From: Octopus sinensis
Lineage: Eukaryota
Direction of reading: 5' to 3'
Assembly (NCBI RefSeq): GCF_006345805.1
Contig: NW_021834591.1
Location: 1 to 53,489 of the forward strand
Length of the DNA: 53,489 nucleotides
Below the pieces are notes generated by a model that was given only the letters and a program-made list of their open reading frames with translations, was not told the DNA's origin and made no database searches. This document shows positions 50,641-53,489 of this stretch, in pieces. A program made the position numbers and the translations under genes. The first letter of the stretch is position 1. Each line of letters opens with the position of its first letter.

Positions 50641-51256
50641 TATTTTAAAATAAGCATTAAAACGCCTACGCACGTTTTGGTTTAGTCGCTTGGCAAACAG
50701 TAATGCGAATTTGCAGGATTCGAACCTTGTTAAAAGTTGTTGATTTTATATATAACCGAACTGGACCAGATCTCGTCAGGGCTTTCTATTGAAAAGAGCG
50801 TATTGTTACAACCCCTAACCGTCTATTTTTCAAATCCCTCATAGTCTTTTAACACAATTCGATTAGCTAATACCTTCCTCTATTACTTTAATAACGTTCT
50901 TTCTTTTTCTCATTACCTAAAGTTTTCATTATACAGAAGTTTCACATATGAATGGCGGTGCCCCAGCATGGCCACGGCTCGTGAGCTGAAAATAGATAAA
51001 ATTAAAAATTAAAAAATGAATATGTGGTCCTCCTTATCCATCTTCTTAAGTACGTTATTGCCATCTTGCTTATCGTATCATATAATTCTAATTCCTCCGA
51101 AAAATATGTAAACCCTGATGAGATCTGGTCCAATTCAGTTATATATATAATCAACAACTTCTAACATGGTTCGAATCCTGCAGATCCGCAGTACTGTTTA
51201 CCAAGCGACTAAATGGAAACATGTGTCGGTCTTTTAATGCTTATTTTAAAATTATA
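50641..51256. mobile_element. Inverted-repeat element (~150-bp arms) with long-loop hammerhead motifs
   Basis: 50641-50790 vs ~51105-51256; motifs at 50664-50782 (-) and 51112-51230 (+). Confidence 0.75.
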
Positions 51257-51362
51257 TTTTTTCCTTTACATTTTTATTTGTATTCATTTATTTGCTATAT
51301 TTTATTGTGCTTATCATGATACAAATAACATAAACACTGATAATTAACTCTTCGTTTTTTTA

Positions 51363-51830
51363 TACTAGCTGACGCACCCAGTAATTCCCGGGGAAGCTGG
51401 GCTTATCCCTTGGTTCCGTTCTCATAATTGTTTCGCTAATCCAATAACAACAATACAAAGTATGAAGCCTGAAAACGGTTTTTGTGCATTTACAGAGAAT
51501 ACCGGACTGTCTTATACAGGATCTCGTTTTTAGGAATTCCCAATAAGTTACGAATACCTAAATTGTGAAATCAGTTACATAACACCATGAAATTAGTTAC
51601 CCGATAGTAAGAATTCAAAGAAAGTAACCCCGAAAAGCGCTTTAATGCGTTCCCAGAGTATATAGAACTTAGGAGGAAATACTAATAAGGTATGTATACT
51701 AAAATCGCGAAGCATGTTACGTAATAACAGGATAAAGAGATATGAGATAATAACAATTCAAAATAAATAACTCTGAAAAGGCCTTTTGTGCGTTCCCAGA
51801 GAATATTACCCTCAGCGGTGTTAGTGTTGG
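51363..51830 (-). mobile_element. Possible Helitron-like 3' end with ~150-bp subrepeats
   Basis: Minus strand ends ...GGGTGCGTCAGCTAG|T after a GC-rich hairpin-like segment; CTGAAAA..TTTTGTGC.TT.CAGAG-like unit at ~51470, ~51630, ~51772. Confidence 0.35.
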
Positions 51831-52997
51831 TATATTCGTGAATAAGTCACAAACCGAAATAAGTGGATCTATTGTTTAGGAAAATACTATTTATTTGTTT
51901 AAGAGTTGTACTGGATAAATTGTGAAAATAACTCTAACAGTTCAAATACTAAGATATAAGCATACTCAATTTGATTTATACCAAATAATTTAGGATATTG
52001 AATGGGTTATTTCCCTTGGCTATATATAAGGATCCCTTCCAGAGGCAAGTGGGTTATTTCCCTTTGCTGTTAAAAGAAAATATATAGATATATATATAAG
52101 GATCCCTTCCAGGGTTCCTATTATCGATTGTTTTCAACAATATGAGTATGCCATGAGATTTCCAGGCATGAGTTCTACTCACGTGTCATGTTTCATCAAA
52201 GTCAATAAAACAGTGTAGGAGGAGTTAGCTAACAACTCCACAAACACACCCACAGACAAAATTTCCCACGTATGTTGTAGATTAATATTTATATATGTAT
52301 ATGTGTGTACACACACACACACACACACGCACACACACACACACGCACACACACACACACCCATATATAGTCAATATTAAAGACGAAATACCTTATAAAA
52401 TTCATTGAAAAATATTCATTGATTCTTTATAATTACTTATAAAACTGGGATCTTTTCCCTTTGAACGGCAGATCGAGAAATTAATTTTTTTGTAACTAAA
52501 CACTTTCAAACTTCGGACACTGGTAGAATGTGTCATATAAAACATCTTTTACTCTTAGTGTTGTTGAGAAAAGTTTGTATTTTCAAAGTTATTTCGTGTT
52601 AAAGTTGTCGTACTTCGGTAATTTCAACCAATCAGTGACGTGTATTCAGCTGAATAAAATCACTGTTGTTGTTTGTCAACAACAACATCCGGTGGTGTGT
52701 ATGCCGATTGAGGAGTCAAGAATGTGTTGAAGTATTTGAATCAAAGAGATCTGACCCTTTTAATCTAATCTCTTGTTTCATAAACAAAATATTTTAGTGG
52801 GGAGAGTTCTTTAATGGCACTTTTTTATGGGGGGGTGGGGGTGAGATAAGCAAAAGGGTACCCATATATATATATATATACATATAAGCCTTCTGTTAAG
52901 AACACACAACTCCTCCGTATGATATCTTTGTTAGACTCAGTCAAAATTCTCTGATATTTATGTAAGTCAAAAGTTATAGTGTGACATCTACAAATAT

Positions 52998-53042
<45 letters not shown>

Positions 53043-53207
53043 CAATAATAAGCATTTACATCCAACCATATCTAAGCACAAACACTCACATACACACAAA
53101 TATACATTCACATCCATACACACACACACACTTATGGCACTTCTACATTCATACACTGACTTATGTGTGTGAATGCGGATGAGTATCCTTATTGTTATTA
53201 TCGTCAT

Positions 53208-53248
<41 letters not shown>

Positions 53249-53489
53249 CCGCCTGTGTGTTTGTGTTTCTCTGTGTGCGTGTATGTGTGTGTGTGTGATA
53301 AAAAGCAGTAACGCTATCCGCTTCAGTCATTATGATAGACAAACATTGCAGCGTGAACATCTAGTGTTCCATGGAAGCAGGATATACACCAGAACAGGAT
53401 ACATTCATGCATATGTCTATGTGTGAACAAAGTAAATATGGATATGTCTATCTAATTATTTTTCTAAAAATTAACTAATCTAGCCATCA

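Overview
Repeat-dense eukaryotic DNA, most likely an octopus (inferred from the tRNA-derived SINE families and the extreme microsatellite load; not database-checked). One host gene is supported: three spliced minus-strand exons (13112-12969, 10249-10156, 3538-3502) with a TATA+Inr promoter, encoding the N-terminus of a secreted protein resembling the Vitellogenin_N/large lipid transfer family; it continues beyond position 1. The rest is SINEs, a near full-length R4/Dong non-LTR element plus a second fragment, CR1 and RTE fragments, four kinds of Tc1/mariner/pogo relic (DD37D, DD41D, DD34D, Tigger), a ~2.4 kb tandem duplication and simple repeats. The most interesting signal is a set of about a dozen hammerhead-ribozyme motifs. 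They lie in short non-coding elements of Penelope-like architecture, often inverted-repeat-flanked and mostly next to (TA)n tracts. Variants include G3-C8 and U3-A8 core swaps, 55-95 nt loop-2 insertions and one apparent tRNA/Pol III promoter nested inside loop 2. Most ORF-track entries are translated microsatellites.
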